Assembly: GCA_963848295.1 (NCBI GenBank)
Contig: CAWKDB010000010.1
Coordinates: forward strand, 1,856,001 to 1,920,000
Reading direction: 5' to 3'
Source: an uncultured delta proteobacterium
GTDB taxonomy: Bacteria; Myxococcota_A; Polyangia; Haliangiales; Haliangiaceae
Length of the DNA: 64,000 nt
This document shows, piece by piece, positions 53,845 to 63,174 of this stretch. The first letter of the stretch is position 1, and the number at the start of each line of letters is the position of its first letter. The position numbers and the translations under genes were made by a program. Below the pieces are notes generated by a model. The model was not told the origin of the DNA, did not search any database, and worked only from the letters and a program-made list of their open reading frames with translations.

Positions 53845-54449
53845 CGCTTCCACGCCCAGATCAACGGCTCGCGGCGCGTGGTCGGCTGCGCCGGAGCGGC
53901 GGGCACGCCGACGATGATCGGCGCGAACGTCGTCACGTCCGGTGGAATGCCGAGCTCGGCCTTCGTCGCCGGGTCACCGAGCGCGATCACCGCTAACCCG
54001 ATCGGACAGGTCGCGAGGCCCATCGCCGTCGCAGCGATCATCAGGTTCTCCGCGGCGAGCCAGCAGTCCGCGGTAACGAACGAGCTGCCCGGCCGTCCGC
54101 AGATCACGATCAGCGTGCCCGCGTTGTAGAAGATGTTGAACGCGGGATTACCGAACATCGCTGGTCGCCGCGGCGCCGAGGGCTCGCGCGCGAGCTCGCG
54201 ATGAGCCGCACCCTGCGGTGCGGCAACGAGCTCCTTCGCCCGGTCGGAGATCCGCCGGAGTAGTGCGGCGTCTTGGACGACGACGAACGCCCACGGCTCG
54301 ACATGCATCGCAGTGGGAGCGTGGACCGCCGCGGAGAGCAGCTCGCGAATCGCAGGCTCGGTGGCCAGATCGGGCGTGAAAGCACGCGTCGCGTGACGTG
54401 CGTAGATCGCATCGAGTGCGGACATCGTGGCGCGAGGAGACGTGATCAT
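53841..54449 (-). CDS. Nitroreductase family protein
   Basis: RHATRAF, APTA...PWAF, AAENLMIAA. Confidence 0.88.
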   Translation of the reverse strand: MITSPRATMSALDAIYARHATRAFTPDLATEPAIRELLSAAVHAPTAMHVEPWAFVVVQDAALLRRISDRAKELVAAPQGAAHRELAREPSAPRRPAMFGNPAFNIFYNAGTLIVICGRPGSSFVTADCWLAAENLMIAATAMGLATCPIGLAVIALGDPATKAELGIPPDVTTFAPIIVGVPAAPAQPTTRREPLIWAWKR

Positions 54450-54461
54450 GACGACCACCGG

Positions 54462-54583
54462 TGCACACCGCGTACCTTGTGGTTCGCGTGCTTTGCCGCC
54501 GGGGCGCGCAAGTCGTGCGCGTCGTCGCCAGCGCCCGCAAGGTGTGCGCGGAATTCGTTCGCCGCGCGGGCCTTGCGTTTGCA
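54462..54583. promoter_or_regulatory. Divergent sigma54 promoters sharing two perfect palindromes
   Basis: (-) AGGTACGCGGTGTGCA 54462-54477 (ATG 54449 at 14 nt); CGCAAGTCGTGCG 54507; CGCAAGGTGTGCG 54536; (+) GGGCCTTGCGTTTGCA 54568-54583 (GTG 54597 at 15 nt). Confidence 0.8.
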
Positions 54584-54596
54584 CTTCGGCCGACGG

Positions 54597-55709
54597 GTGA
54601 CCGTGTGGCACATCGATACGAGCCCGGGCCGGATCTCGCTGGCCGGCGCGTTCGGCACAGCGGAGGCCGCCGCGATATGGGCGGTGCTGCAGCGCCACGC
54701 CCGCGAGCTTCCCCGTGCCTGCGGCGTCGACCTCGAGCTCGCGAAGGCAACGACGATCGACGGGACCGTGATGGCTTTGCTCGTCGATCTCCGCGCGTCT
54801 CTTGCGCGCCGCGGCATCGCCGCGCGGATCACCGGCGCGAACGAGTCACTCGGCAGGCTTGTCCACCTCTACGGCGGTGATCGCGCGCCGAGCGAGGCAT
54901 CGACAGAGCACCGCGAGCCGGTGATCGCCCGCGTCGGCGGCGCGATCGCTGCTACGGCGCGGCGTGGCCGCGGTCTCGTCGAATTCGCCGGCGAGCTCGT
55001 GCACGGCGCGGTTGCGGTCATTCGGCAGCCCTCGATCGCTGGCTGGCGCGAGCTCGGCCCACTGGTCGCGCGCACGGGCGCAGACGGCATCGCGATCGTG
55101 CTCGTGCTCGATTTCTTGGTCGGCTTTGTCATGGCGTACCAGTCGACGCGTCAGCTACAGACGTATGGCGCGAACCTCTACGTCGCAGACATCGTCGGGA
55201 TTTCGATGCTACGCGAGCTCGCCCCGTTGATCACCGCGATCATCATCGCCGGCCGATCCGGTGCCGGCTTCGCCGCCGAGCTCGGCACGATGCGCGTCTC
55301 CGAAGAGATCGACGCGCTGCGTACGATGGGCATCGCGCCGGTGCCGTATCTCGTCGTTCCGCGCATCGTGGCGCTCGCGATCGCGGCGCCGGTGCTCGTG
55401 CTCGTCGGCGACCTCGCCGGGGTCATGGGTGGGCTCGTGGTCGGCGCGATGACCCTCGACGTCCATCCCCACGCATACCTGACCGAGCTGCGCGAGGTGA
55501 CCGTCGCGTCGGACCTGTGGACCGGCCTGGTCAAGAGCATCGCGTTCGGGATCGCGATCGCGATCATCGGCTGTCAGCAGGGCCTGACCACGCGCGGCGC
55601 GGCATCAGGCGTTGGCCGCAGTACGACGACGACCGTCGTCGCGTGCCTATTCATGCTGGTCGCGATCGATACCGGGCTGACCATGCTGTTCAGGGGAATC
55701 GGCGCATGA
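54597..55709 (+). CDS. mlaE: STAS-MlaE permease
   Basis: RELAP, AGRSG, ELGTM..SEEIDAL, GVGRSTT. Confidence 0.92.
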   Translation: MTVWHIDTSPGRISLAGAFGTAEAAAIWAVLQRHARELPRACGVDLELAKATTIDGTVMALLVDLRASLARRGIAARITGANESLGRLVHLYGGDRAPSEASTEHREPVIARVGGAIAATARRGRGLVEFAGELVHGAVAVIRQPSIAGWRELGPLVARTGADGIAIVLVLDFLVGFVMAYQSTRQLQTYGANLYVADIVGISMLRELAPLITAIIIAGRSGAGFAAELGTMRVSEEIDALRTMGIAPVPYLVVPRIVALAIAAPVLVLVGDLAGVMGGLVVGAMTLDVHPHAYLTELREVTVASDLWTGLVKSIAFGIAIAIIGCQQGLTTRGAASGVGRSTTTTVVACLFMLVAIDTGLTMLFRGIGA

Positions 55710-56449
55710 CCGCCGCGCCCATGATCGTCGCGCGCGACCTGTCGATCGGCTGGTCAGAGGACGCCGTGCTACTCGAGCACGCGAGCTTCGACGTCCGGTG
55801 CGGTGAAATATTCGGCATCCTCGGACGCAGCGCGTGCGGTAAGTCGACGCTGCTGCGTGCGCTGATCGGCCTCGAGCCAGTGCTCGGTGGAGCGATCGAG
55901 ATCGCGGGCGTCGGTGCGCCTCAACTGACCTCGCGCCGCCCGGCGTTCGGCGTGATGTTCCAGCAGGGCGCGCTGTTCGGCTCGATGACGCTCGGAGAGA
56001 ACCTCGCCTTGCCGCTCGAGCGCTGGACCGACTTGCCGCGCGACGCGATCCGCGCTGTCGTACGCGCGAAGCTCGACCTGGTCGGGCTCGGTGGCGCCGA
56101 GCACGCAGCACCGTCGACCCTGTCCGGCGGCATGCGCAAGCGCGCCGCGATCGCCCGCGCGCTCGCCCTCGAGCCGCCGTTGGTGTTTCTCGACGAGCCA
56201 TCATCGGGGCTCGACCCGATCACGTCGGCCGAGATCGATCGGTTGATCGTGACGCTCGCCCGCACGCTCGGCCTCACGATCGTGTTGGTCACGCACGAGC
56301 TCGGCAGCATCGACGCGATCGTCGACTCCTGCATCCTGCTCGACCGCGGGTCCCGCAGCATCCTCGCTCGCGGCGCACCGCGCGAGCTGCGTGCGAGCGA
56401 CGTACCCGGCGTCCAGCACTTCTTCCGCCGTATCCCCGAGGCCGCATGA
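55706..56449 (+). CDS. mlaF: MlaF-type ABC ATPase
   Basis: GRSACGKS, FQQGALF, LSGGM, DEP. Confidence 0.92.
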   Translation: MTAAPMIVARDLSIGWSEDAVLLEHASFDVRCGEIFGILGRSACGKSTLLRALIGLEPVLGGAIEIAGVGAPQLTSRRPAFGVMFQQGALFGSMTLGENLALPLERWTDLPRDAIRAVVRAKLDLVGLGGAEHAAPSTLSGGMRKRAAIARALALEPPLVFLDEPSSGLDPITSAEIDRLIVTLARTLGLTIVLVTHELGSIDAIVDSCILLDRGSRSILARGAPRELRASDVPGVQHFFRRIPEAA

Positions 56450-57378
56450 CACTCGCCACGAATTTCAAGCTCGGGTTGTTCACGCTCGCCGGCGTCGGCG
56501 GGCTGGCAGCGGCCGCAGTGGTCCTCGGCCTACACGTTCGGAAGACGCCGACCACCGAGTACCACACGCTGTTCGACGAGTCGGTACAGGGCCTCGACCT
56601 CGGCGCGCCGGTCAAGTACCGAGGCGTCGAGATCGGCAGCGTCGCCGCAATCGCGGTCGCGACTGACCGCCGCCATATCGACGTCGCGATGGCCATCGAT
56701 AGTCGCCACAGTAGCCAGCTGGACCTCGCCGCAGCCCCGCCGGCGCTGCACGCACATCTCGCGAGCCAGGGACTAACGGGCGTGAAGTTCGTCGATCTCG
56801 ACTTTGCCAGCGCGGACGAGTCCACAGAGACAATCATCGCGCCGCAGGCCAACGGAGTCGTTTATCTTCCGTCGCAGCCCTCGCTTGCCGCGCGGCTCGA
56901 AGACGAAGGTTTGCGGCTGGGTCGCTCGCTGCCGGTGCTTGCCGACGATGCGATCGCTACGCTGCACCGACTCGACGGAATGCTCGACGACATCCGCGGC
57001 CAGCGCGTGCCGGAGCGCGTCGCGACGCTGCTCGACCATGCGCGCGCCGCGATCGATGACGTTCGCCGGCTGACCCCGAGCGCCGCCGCGCTATTCCAGC
57101 ACCTCGATGTGCTCGCAGCCGACTCCGACGCAACGGTCGGCGGCGTGCGTCAGCTCGTCGGGCATATCGACGCCCGTGACGGGCTCGCCGTGAGTGCGCA
57201 ACGCGCCACCGATGCACTCGGTGAGCTCGGCCACCGCGGGCTCGAGTCGACCCGTGATCTGCAACATACGATCGATGACGTCGGCCAAGCAGCGCGCGCG
57301 CTCCGCGCGTTCGTCGACGAGCTCGAACGCGATCCCGACATGCTCGTCAAGGGCCACGCCCGATCGAGGCGACCGTGA
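56446..57378 (+). CDS. mlaD: MCE/MlaD protein
   Basis: N-terminal TM, SVQGL..GAPVKYRGV, helical tail. Confidence 0.9.
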   Translation: MTLATNFKLGLFTLAGVGGLAAAAVVLGLHVRKTPTTEYHTLFDESVQGLDLGAPVKYRGVEIGSVAAIAVATDRRHIDVAMAIDSRHSSQLDLAAAPPALHAHLASQGLTGVKFVDLDFASADESTETIIAPQANGVVYLPSQPSLAARLEDEGLRLGRSLPVLADDAIATLHRLDGMLDDIRGQRVPERVATLLDHARAAIDDVRRLTPSAAALFQHLDVLAADSDATVGGVRQLVGHIDARDGLAVSAQRATDALGELGHRGLESTRDLQHTIDDVGQAARALRAFVDELERDPDMLVKGHARSRRP

Positions 57379-57950
57379 TCCGCGGGTTCTCGATCGGGTT
57401 GCTGGCGCTGTCGGCATGCGCCCTGACGTCGAAGGCGGAGCCGCGCGAATTGCGCTTCTTCGCGCCTGAGCTCGCAGAGGTTACGCCGGCGGTCGGCGAG
57501 CCATGTGCGCGCGTCCGACTCGATCGAGTGACAGCGGGTTCCGAGCTCCGACTCGCGATCGAGCGCCGCGTTTCCAACGTGGAGCTCGAGCCCTACGAGA
57601 CTTTGAGGTGGATCGAGGCTCCGGACGCATACGCGCGACGCGCGGTCGCGCGCGCATTGTTCGCGCGCCCACTCGCCGAGGCGATCACCGGACCGAGCCT
57701 CGTGCTCGACATCGACGTGACGGCGTTCGAGGAGCTCGCGCATGCCGGTCATCACGCCGGGGTCGTGGCGTTGCACTACGAGCTGCGAGACGACCGCGAG
57801 GTCATCGCTCGTGGCGACGTGCGCGATGAGCGCCCTGCGGCCGACGCGTCGATCGAAGCTGTCGTCCGTGCAATCGGTGAGGCATTGATTGCGTCAGGGG
57901 ACGATCTCGCAGGCCGCATCGTCGCGGCAGCCTGCCCCGCCCGACCGTGA
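57375..57950 (+). CDS. PqiC-like ABC auxiliary lipoprotein
   Basis: Lipobox LSAC; RW..P; operon position. Confidence 0.75.
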   Translation: MIRGFSIGLLALSACALTSKAEPRELRFFAPELAEVTPAVGEPCARVRLDRVTAGSELRLAIERRVSNVELEPYETLRWIEAPDAYARRAVARALFARPLAEAITGPSLVLDIDVTAFEELAHAGHHAGVVALHYELRDDREVIARGDVRDERPAADASIEAVVRAIGEALIASGDDLAGRIVAAACPARP

Positions 57951-57962
57951 AGCCGCGGCGAG

Positions 57963-58886
57963 CTAGTGACGCGCCACGACTGCCGAATGCCAGCGCTCGG
58001 TCGGCGCTGCGGTCGAGAACATCGGGATCCGGCCGGTGCTCGCAGGTTCGACCTCGGGCGTCGCGGCCGAGATCGCCCGTGCGAACTGTGGAGCGCTGCG
58101 AAAGCGTGCGACCGGTGCCTTCTCGAGAGCGCGCAGAATGACACGCTCGATCGCGACGGGGATCGTGCGGTCTGGACAGCGCAGGCTTGGTGGGACGACA
58201 TCGTCCTCGAGGTGGCGCATCAGGATCTCGCGTGACGCACCACCGGCGAACGGCGTCGTGCCCGTGAGCAGCTCGTACAGCAGCGCGCCGACCGAGTAGA
58301 GATCCGACTCGAGCACGGCCCCCTCGCCGCGGATCACTTCCGGCGCCATGTAGTCGGGCGTCCCGGACGCCAAGCCGTCGCGTGCTGGCGCAACCTCTGA
58401 ACGCGACCGCATCAGCCCGAGATCGATCAGCGTCACGCGATCGCCGTCGTCGATCAGGACGTTCTCGGCCTTGACGTCGCCGTGAACGAAGCCTGCAGCG
58501 TGAATCGCGTGTAGACCCGCGAGCACCTGCCGAATGATCGCGGAGATGCGGCCGAGTGCGAGCGGTGCTTGCTCGACGAGGACGTCGCGCAGCGAGCGAC
58601 CGGGCGCCAGCTCCATCACGAGATACGGCTCGCGACCGGGCGTAGTCCCCCACGCCCTGACCGCGACGACGTTGCTGTGCGAGATCCGGCCGATCGCGCG
58701 CGACTCGCCCCGCAGGTCGCTGCGGGCGACCGGGTCCGACAGGAGCTCGGACCGCAGGACCTTGACCGCGACATCGCAGCCGCGCTCGAGATCGCGGGCC
58801 CGATAAACCACGCCCATCCCACCGGCGCCGATCAGCGGGCCGACCTGATAGCGACCCGCGAGTAGGCTCGTAGTCTCCTCCGGCAC
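57963..58886 (-). CDS. Hanks-type Ser/Thr protein kinase (non-RD)
   Basis: GAGGMG, VAVK, HGDVKAEN, DLG, YMAPE; GTG 58886. Confidence 0.92.
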   Translation of the reverse strand: MPEETTSLLAGRYQVGPLIGAGGMGVVYRARDLERGCDVAVKVLRSELLSDPVARSDLRGESRAIGRISHSNVVAVRAWGTTPGREPYLVMELAPGRSLRDVLVEQAPLALGRISAIIRQVLAGLHAIHAAGFVHGDVKAENVLIDDGDRVTLIDLGLMRSRSEVAPARDGLASGTPDYMAPEVIRGEGAVLESDLYSVGALLYELLTGTTPFAGGASREILMRHLEDDVVPPSLRCPDRTIPVAIERVILRALEKAPVARFRSAPQFARAISAATPEVEPASTGRIPMFSTAAPTERWHSAVVARH

Positions 58887-58898
58887 GCGGGGAGTCAG

Positions 58899-58914
58899 AG
58901 CATGCAACGTGCCG
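58899..58914 (-). promoter_or_regulatory. sigma54 promoter (kinase)
   Basis: CGGCACGTTGCATGCT; GTG 58886 at 14 nt. Confidence 0.8.
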
Positions 58915-59031
58915 GGTTGGTCATCGCGAGGTTGTCACATCGGTATATCGATTATTCGCGAACGCTTTGCAGTGCCGACGCCGCGCTTTGCAGTTCCCGC
59001 GCGATCGACCGCGCGCCACCTCACGGCTCAC

Positions 59032-59047
59032 CGGCACGACCGATGCA
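59032..59047 (+). promoter_or_regulatory. sigma54 promoter (CBS protein)
   Basis: CGGCACGACCGATGCA; ATG 59063 at 17 nt. Confidence 0.8.
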
Positions 59048-59062
59048 GCCTCCGTAACTGCC

Positions 59063-59452
59063 ATGTTGATCCCACCGATCTCGCGCTATATGACTCCGAC
59101 TCCGTTCGTCATCGAAGAACGGATGCGTTTGACCGAGGCCGGTGAGCTGATGCGCGAGCACCGCGTAGGTCACCTTCCCGTGGTCGACCATGGCCGACTT
59201 GTCGGGCTTGTCTGCAAGCACGACCTGCTGCGTATCCATAGTCCAGATGACGTCGTGCAGGATGCGATGTCTCCGGCGACGACCGTCGGTGCGGCCACGC
59301 CGATCGATGAGGTCGTCGCGCTGATGGAGACCAAGCAAGCCGGTTCGGTCGTTGTCGTCCAGGATGCCGACGTCACCGGTATCTTCACTCGCACCGATGC
59401 CATGCGCGCGCTCGTCGATCTACTCCGCCACACCGGCGAGAGCGAGCGGTAA
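59063..59452 (+). CDS. CBS-domain pair protein
   Basis: YMTPTP, HLPVV, GIFTRTD. Confidence 0.9.
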   Translation: MLIPPISRYMTPTPFVIEERMRLTEAGELMREHRVGHLPVVDHGRLVGLVCKHDLLRIHSPDDVVQDAMSPATTVGAATPIDEVVALMETKQAGSVVVVQDADVTGIFTRTDAMRALVDLLRHTGESER

Positions 59453-59467
59453 CCCCGGCCGTCGCGC

Positions 59468-59515
59468 CGCGGTGACCTGATCGAGCTCGCATCCGGAGAC
59501 CTCGTCCCCGCCGAT
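59468..59515 (+). pseudogene. Scar of a P-type ATPase actuator domain
   Basis: Reads RGDLIELASGDLVPAD, matching the GD-x7-GD-x-VPAD motif. Confidence 0.5.
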
Positions 59516-59519
59516 GATC

Positions 59520-59747
59520 CTAGCGCCGTCGCAACGCGCGCACCGCGAGCATGCCTATGCCGATCGCGACGAGGATCGCGACTGTCGGGTGGTCCGCAAC
59601 CGCATTTACGAGCTTGCGGCCAGGGGCTGGTTCGCGGCGGTCTCTGCGAAAGTCCGCGACCTCGCCGGCGATCGCGTCATAGAAGCCGGTGAGATCGGTG
59701 GCGAGTCTATCGAGACGGGTGCCCAACGTGACATTCGATTCCATCAT
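59520..59747 (-). CDS. Small tail-anchored protein (ElaB/DUF883-like C-terminus)
   Basis: VADHPTVAILVAIGIGMLAVRALRRR. Confidence 0.65.
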   Translation of the reverse strand: MMESNVTLGTRLDRLATDLTGFYDAIAGEVADFRRDRREPAPGRKLVNAVADHPTVAILVAIGIGMLAVRALRRR

Positions 59748-59760
59748 GTAAACCCGTCCA

Positions 59761-59776
59761 AGCACGGCCCGTGCCG
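59761..59776 (-). promoter_or_regulatory. sigma54 promoter
   Basis: CGGCACGGGCCGTGCT; ATG 59747 at 15 nt. Confidence 0.8.
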
Positions 59777-59813
59777 GAGCGCGTCGTGTGCTCGACAACG
59801 AGCCCGCGGGCGA

Positions 59814-60521
59814 TCATCTGTCTCTCAACATGGAGTGACAGTGCGCGCACGTAATAAGGATCCGACCGAACAATTCCGCACGAGCGTCCTGCGTTGGCGT
59901 GTCGAGCGCGCGGTTCGCGTACAGCTTGATGCGAGCGACGTCGTCGATATCGTCGTCGGGTGAACGCGTCGACCGCTGAGCGAGGATGCTCGCGGGCATC
60001 TTCGTCAGACCCGAGGCGCCGGTCTGCCACAGATCATCGGCGGGTCCGATCACTCCCTGCCACATCTGGAGTGCCGACCATTGATGACCCGCCATGTCGC
60101 TTGCGAGCGTGTCACGGACAATCGGTGGACGCGCGGCGGGGAAAGTGACGTGCGCCCCGGTCGCCTCGTGGCATTGGCCGCAAGCACGTCCGAGGGCAGC
60201 CGCACTCTCCGCCGCGGAGTCGAGACCCGTAGCGATCGCAATGCGATGTGCGTCGGTACGGACTACTTGAAGATACGGTTGCCACTGCGCGAGGATCTCG
60301 GGTTCGTCGAAGTCGAGCGTGTGCGCGTCCGCGCGAGCCGTATAGAGATCGCTGTGGGCGATCGCCTTCTCCATCTCCATCGCTGCGCTGTACCGAAGGT
60401 GCATCTCCTGCTCGGCGGCAAGGATGCTCGACGCGAGGGAAGGATCGCGCGTCGCAGGCACCAAGTCGTGGGTCTCGCACGCCGCTAGACACGCAACGCA
60501 GACTGAGATCGACCGGATCAT
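59814..60521 (-). CDS. Diheme c-type cytochrome lipoprotein, paralog B
   Basis: Lipobox LAAC; CGQCH and CAHCH. Confidence 0.8.
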   Translation of the reverse strand: MIRSISVCVACLAACETHDLVPATRDPSLASSILAAEQEMHLRYSAAMEMEKAIAHSDLYTARADAHTLDFDEPEILAQWQPYLQVVRTDAHRIAIATGLDSAAESAAALGRACGQCHEATGAHVTFPAARPPIVRDTLASDMAGHQWSALQMWQGVIGPADDLWQTGASGLTKMPASILAQRSTRSPDDDIDDVARIKLYANRALDTPTQDARAELFGRILITCAHCHSMLRDR

Positions 60522-60533
60522 GCCTCGCGCTAC

Positions 60534-60621
60534 AGCACGCGACGTGCCGACCGGAACGCGAGGATCCGACCGCGTTTGCGCAATCGCTGCTGCACGATCC
60601 TGCCATCGCGCAAGCCGTGCG
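60534..60621 (-). promoter_or_regulatory. sigma54 promoter plus paired palindromes
   Basis: CGGCACGTCGCGTGCT 60534-60549 (ATG 60521 at 14 nt); CGCAATCGCTGCT 60579, CGCAAGCCGTGCG 60609. Confidence 0.8.
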
Positions 60622-60750
60622 GACCTTCATCGCTACTCGACCCCTCCGGTTTCGTAGCGGGACTCGAGCCGCGATCGCGCACATCTCGCGTGGCGCCGAA
60701 CAAGGAACGTGATTCGTTCGCGATGTGCGTGCACTGCGGCCCTCACTCAC

Positions 60751-60766
60751 TGGCGCGCACCTTGCT
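60751..60766 (+). promoter_or_regulatory. sigma54 promoter (small ORF-BON)
   Basis: TGGCGCGCACCTTGCT. Confidence 0.85.
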
Positions 60767-60801
60767 CTTGGCTCGTTCACACCCTTCAAGGAGCAATCGA
60801 G

Positions 60802-60891
60802 ATGACCGACATCGTAAAGAAGGCGAGGCGCCCAGGCCAAGAAAATCGCGATCTCGACCGGCACTTCAAAGTCGTAGGGAGGACACCGTGA
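60802..60891 (+). CDS. 29-aa small ORF coupled to the BON gene
   Basis: AAGGAG SD; MTDIVKKARRPGQENRDLDRHFKVVGRTP; GTGA overlap. Confidence 0.5.
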   Translation: MTDIVKKARRPGQENRDLDRHFKVVGRTP

Positions 60892-61544
60892 AAACCGATA
60901 GCCAGATCCAGCAAGATGTTCTGAACGAGCTCAAGTGGGATACCCGCGTCGCGCCGAACGAAGTCGGCGTCGAAGTCGGCAACGGCATCGTCACGCTGAC
61001 CGGGACTGTTTCGAGCTATGCAAAGAAGCTCGCGGCAGAGGAGGCAGCGCACCACGTTCTCGGCGTCTTGGACGTCGCGAACGATCTCGCCGTGAAGCTC
61101 GCGCCCGATGCGAAGCCTGACGATACGGAGATCGCCGCAGCGGTTCGCCAGGCCCTCCAATGGGACGTATTCGTACCGGATGACAAGATCCAGACGACGG
61201 TCGCCCACGGGTTCGTCACGCTGCAAGGCACGGTCGAGTACGCGTCGCAGCGTCACGATGCGGCGCGAGCGGTCCAGAACCTCGCCGGCGTATGTGCGAT
61301 CGACAACCTGATCAAGGTCAAACGAGTCGACGTCCAGAAGCCGATGCTCAAGACCGCGATCCACGATGCGCTAGAACGCCGGGCGGAACGAGACGCGGAC
61401 CGAATCCAGCTCCAGATCGACGCGGGTCACGTCACCCTGTCGGGCACCGTGCACTCCTGGAGCGAGCGCCAAGCGGTCGTGGGCGCGGCGTGGGGCACGC
61501 GCGGCGTCGAGATGGTCACGGACGAGTTGCACATCTCGCCGTAG
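60888..61544 (+). CDS. Triple BON-domain protein, no signal peptide
   Basis: Three BON repeats; GGAGG SD before GTG. Confidence 0.92.
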   Translation: MKTDSQIQQDVLNELKWDTRVAPNEVGVEVGNGIVTLTGTVSSYAKKLAAEEAAHHVLGVLDVANDLAVKLAPDAKPDDTEIAAAVRQALQWDVFVPDDKIQTTVAHGFVTLQGTVEYASQRHDAARAVQNLAGVCAIDNLIKVKRVDVQKPMLKTAIHDALERRAERDADRIQLQIDAGHVTLSGTVHSWSERQAVVGAAWGTRGVEMVTDELHISP

Positions 61545-61645
61545 TTCAAGCGTCGGTCCGCCGACCCACGATCCTGTGGCTGTCGCTCAGCTCCCATCGC
61601 GGCCTGGCGCCGATGTCGATCCAAACCCGGGTCCGGGCGACTCGG

Positions 61646-62353
61646 CTAATCGCGCTTCTGCTTGTCGGCAACGGCGTGGCAGCCCGCGCAGGTGACGAGC
61701 AGCTCGCCGTAGGCAGTCGCCCGGTCGGCTGCAGTATCGGTTGACCCTCGCTTGCGTGCGCGGTCTGCAACGTCGTGGATTCGACGAGCGAGGAGCGAGC
61801 GGTCGGCGTCGTCGGCCGGCCATGGAAGCGGTGCCTGTGCGAGCACGTCGAGCCCAGCCCGCCACGGATCATCGACAGCGCCGATCACGCCTTCGCGGAC
61901 GCGCTCGACGGCCCAGAGGTGGCGCATCATGCGGGCTTCAACGGTCGGTCGGTCCGGCGGCAGCTCGGGCGGGATGCGAAACTCGGGCACCGCGTTCGTA
62001 TCGACGTGGCAATTCGCGCAGGCCTCGGCCAACCTCGCCGTTCGGCGGCACGCCTCGTCGACGCTGGTCGCATTCGCGAGCGCGGTTGCACGGTCCCGAA
62101 CGAGCGCAGCTTGAGTCGCCCACGCCGACAGTCCGGCTTCATCAGGCGCGATACCGATCGAGCGTGCGAGATCGCGAGCTTCGTCGAGCTTGCCGTGAAC
62201 CAGGAGATGCTCGATCGCCCCGAACATCGAGTAGCTCTCGTGCATGTGAAAGCGCGCCATCATATCGTGCTCGAACTGCTTGCTCGGCGGTTGGTCGGCG
62301 TAGCTCGTACCACAGGCGATCAGCGCGAGCATGAGGAGTGGGCTTGGGCGCAT
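61646..62353 (-). CDS. Diheme c-type cytochrome lipoprotein, paralog C
   Basis: Lipobox LIAC; CANCH and CAGCH. Confidence 0.8.
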   Translation of the reverse strand: MRPSPLLMLALIACGTSYADQPPSKQFEHDMMARFHMHESYSMFGAIEHLLVHGKLDEARDLARSIGIAPDEAGLSAWATQAALVRDRATALANATSVDEACRRTARLAEACANCHVDTNAVPEFRIPPELPPDRPTVEARMMRHLWAVERVREGVIGAVDDPWRAGLDVLAQAPLPWPADDADRSLLARRIHDVADRARKRGSTDTAADRATAYGELLVTCAGCHAVADKQKRD

Positions 62354-62365
62354 GTTCGTACCTCG

Positions 62366-62442
62366 TGCACGCTCCGTTCCCGCTGGTGCCGGCCCAAGCG
62401 CGCAATCCTTGCGTCTCTGCGGTTCGCTCCGCAGTCAATGCG
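62366..62442 (-). promoter_or_regulatory. sigma54 promoter plus two perfect palindromes
   Basis: GGGAACGGAGCGTGCA 62366-62381 (ATG 62353 at 14 nt); CGCAATCCTTGCG 62401, CGCAGTCAATGCG 62430. Confidence 0.8.
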
Positions 62443-62451
62443 CGAAGGTCG

Positions 62452-63162
62452 TTACGCGAACCGGTTACGGGAGATAAACGCCGCTGGATCGCGCCGCACT
62501 CTCGGACCGGTCGAACACCCGATCGCGTGACCGATGCGGATCGCATAAGCAACGCGCCATGGGGCGGGAATACCGAGCACGCGCTTGACGGCGGGTTCGG
62601 CGCCTTCACCGCTGAACGCGCTCACGACCTGAACGTCGAGACGCGCCGCTTGCGCGGCGAGCCACATGTTCTCGAGGACGCAGCCGAGGCTGATCGTTCC
62701 AAGCACGTCGCCTTCGGATGCCGGTGCTCGGATGCTCGGGTCGAACACGACGACGATCACCATCGGCGCACCCGCGATGGTCTCGCCGAGCAAGCGCGAT
62801 AGGTTTGTGGGAACGCGCTGCAGATCGCCCGTACGCCAGGCCGGCGGAAACGTACTTCCGAGAATGCCAACCCGGCGCGCGGCGAGCTCTTCCGGGGACC
62901 ATGACAACTGCCGGAAGTTCTCGACGATGAACGCCGGTGATACCGGAGCGCGGATCCGGCCGAGCTCGTCGAGCTTGGCTCGGTCGTCGACGACGACCAG
63001 ACGAAAGTTCTGCATGTTGTGCGCGGTCGGCGACCAGCGCGCCGCGTCGATGATGTCCGCAAGCTCGAGCTCGGTCACGGTGCGCGCCGGATCGAACGGC
63101 ACGCGCGAGGAGTGGCGCTGCTCGATCAACCATCGCATTCGGCAGGCGTTGTCAGGATCCAT
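62452..63162 (-). CDS. Nitroreductase family protein
   Basis: RHSSR, SPTAHNMQ, LENMWLAA. Confidence 0.88.
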   Translation of the reverse strand: MDPDNACRMRWLIEQRHSSRVPFDPARTVTELELADIIDAARWSPTAHNMQNFRLVVVDDRAKLDELGRIRAPVSPAFIVENFRQLSWSPEELAARRVGILGSTFPPAWRTGDLQRVPTNLSRLLGETIAGAPMVIVVVFDPSIRAPASEGDVLGTISLGCVLENMWLAAQAARLDVQVVSAFSGEGAEPAVKRVLGIPAPWRVAYAIRIGHAIGCSTGPRVRRDPAAFISRNRFA

Positions 63163-63174
63163 GATCAGCGACCG

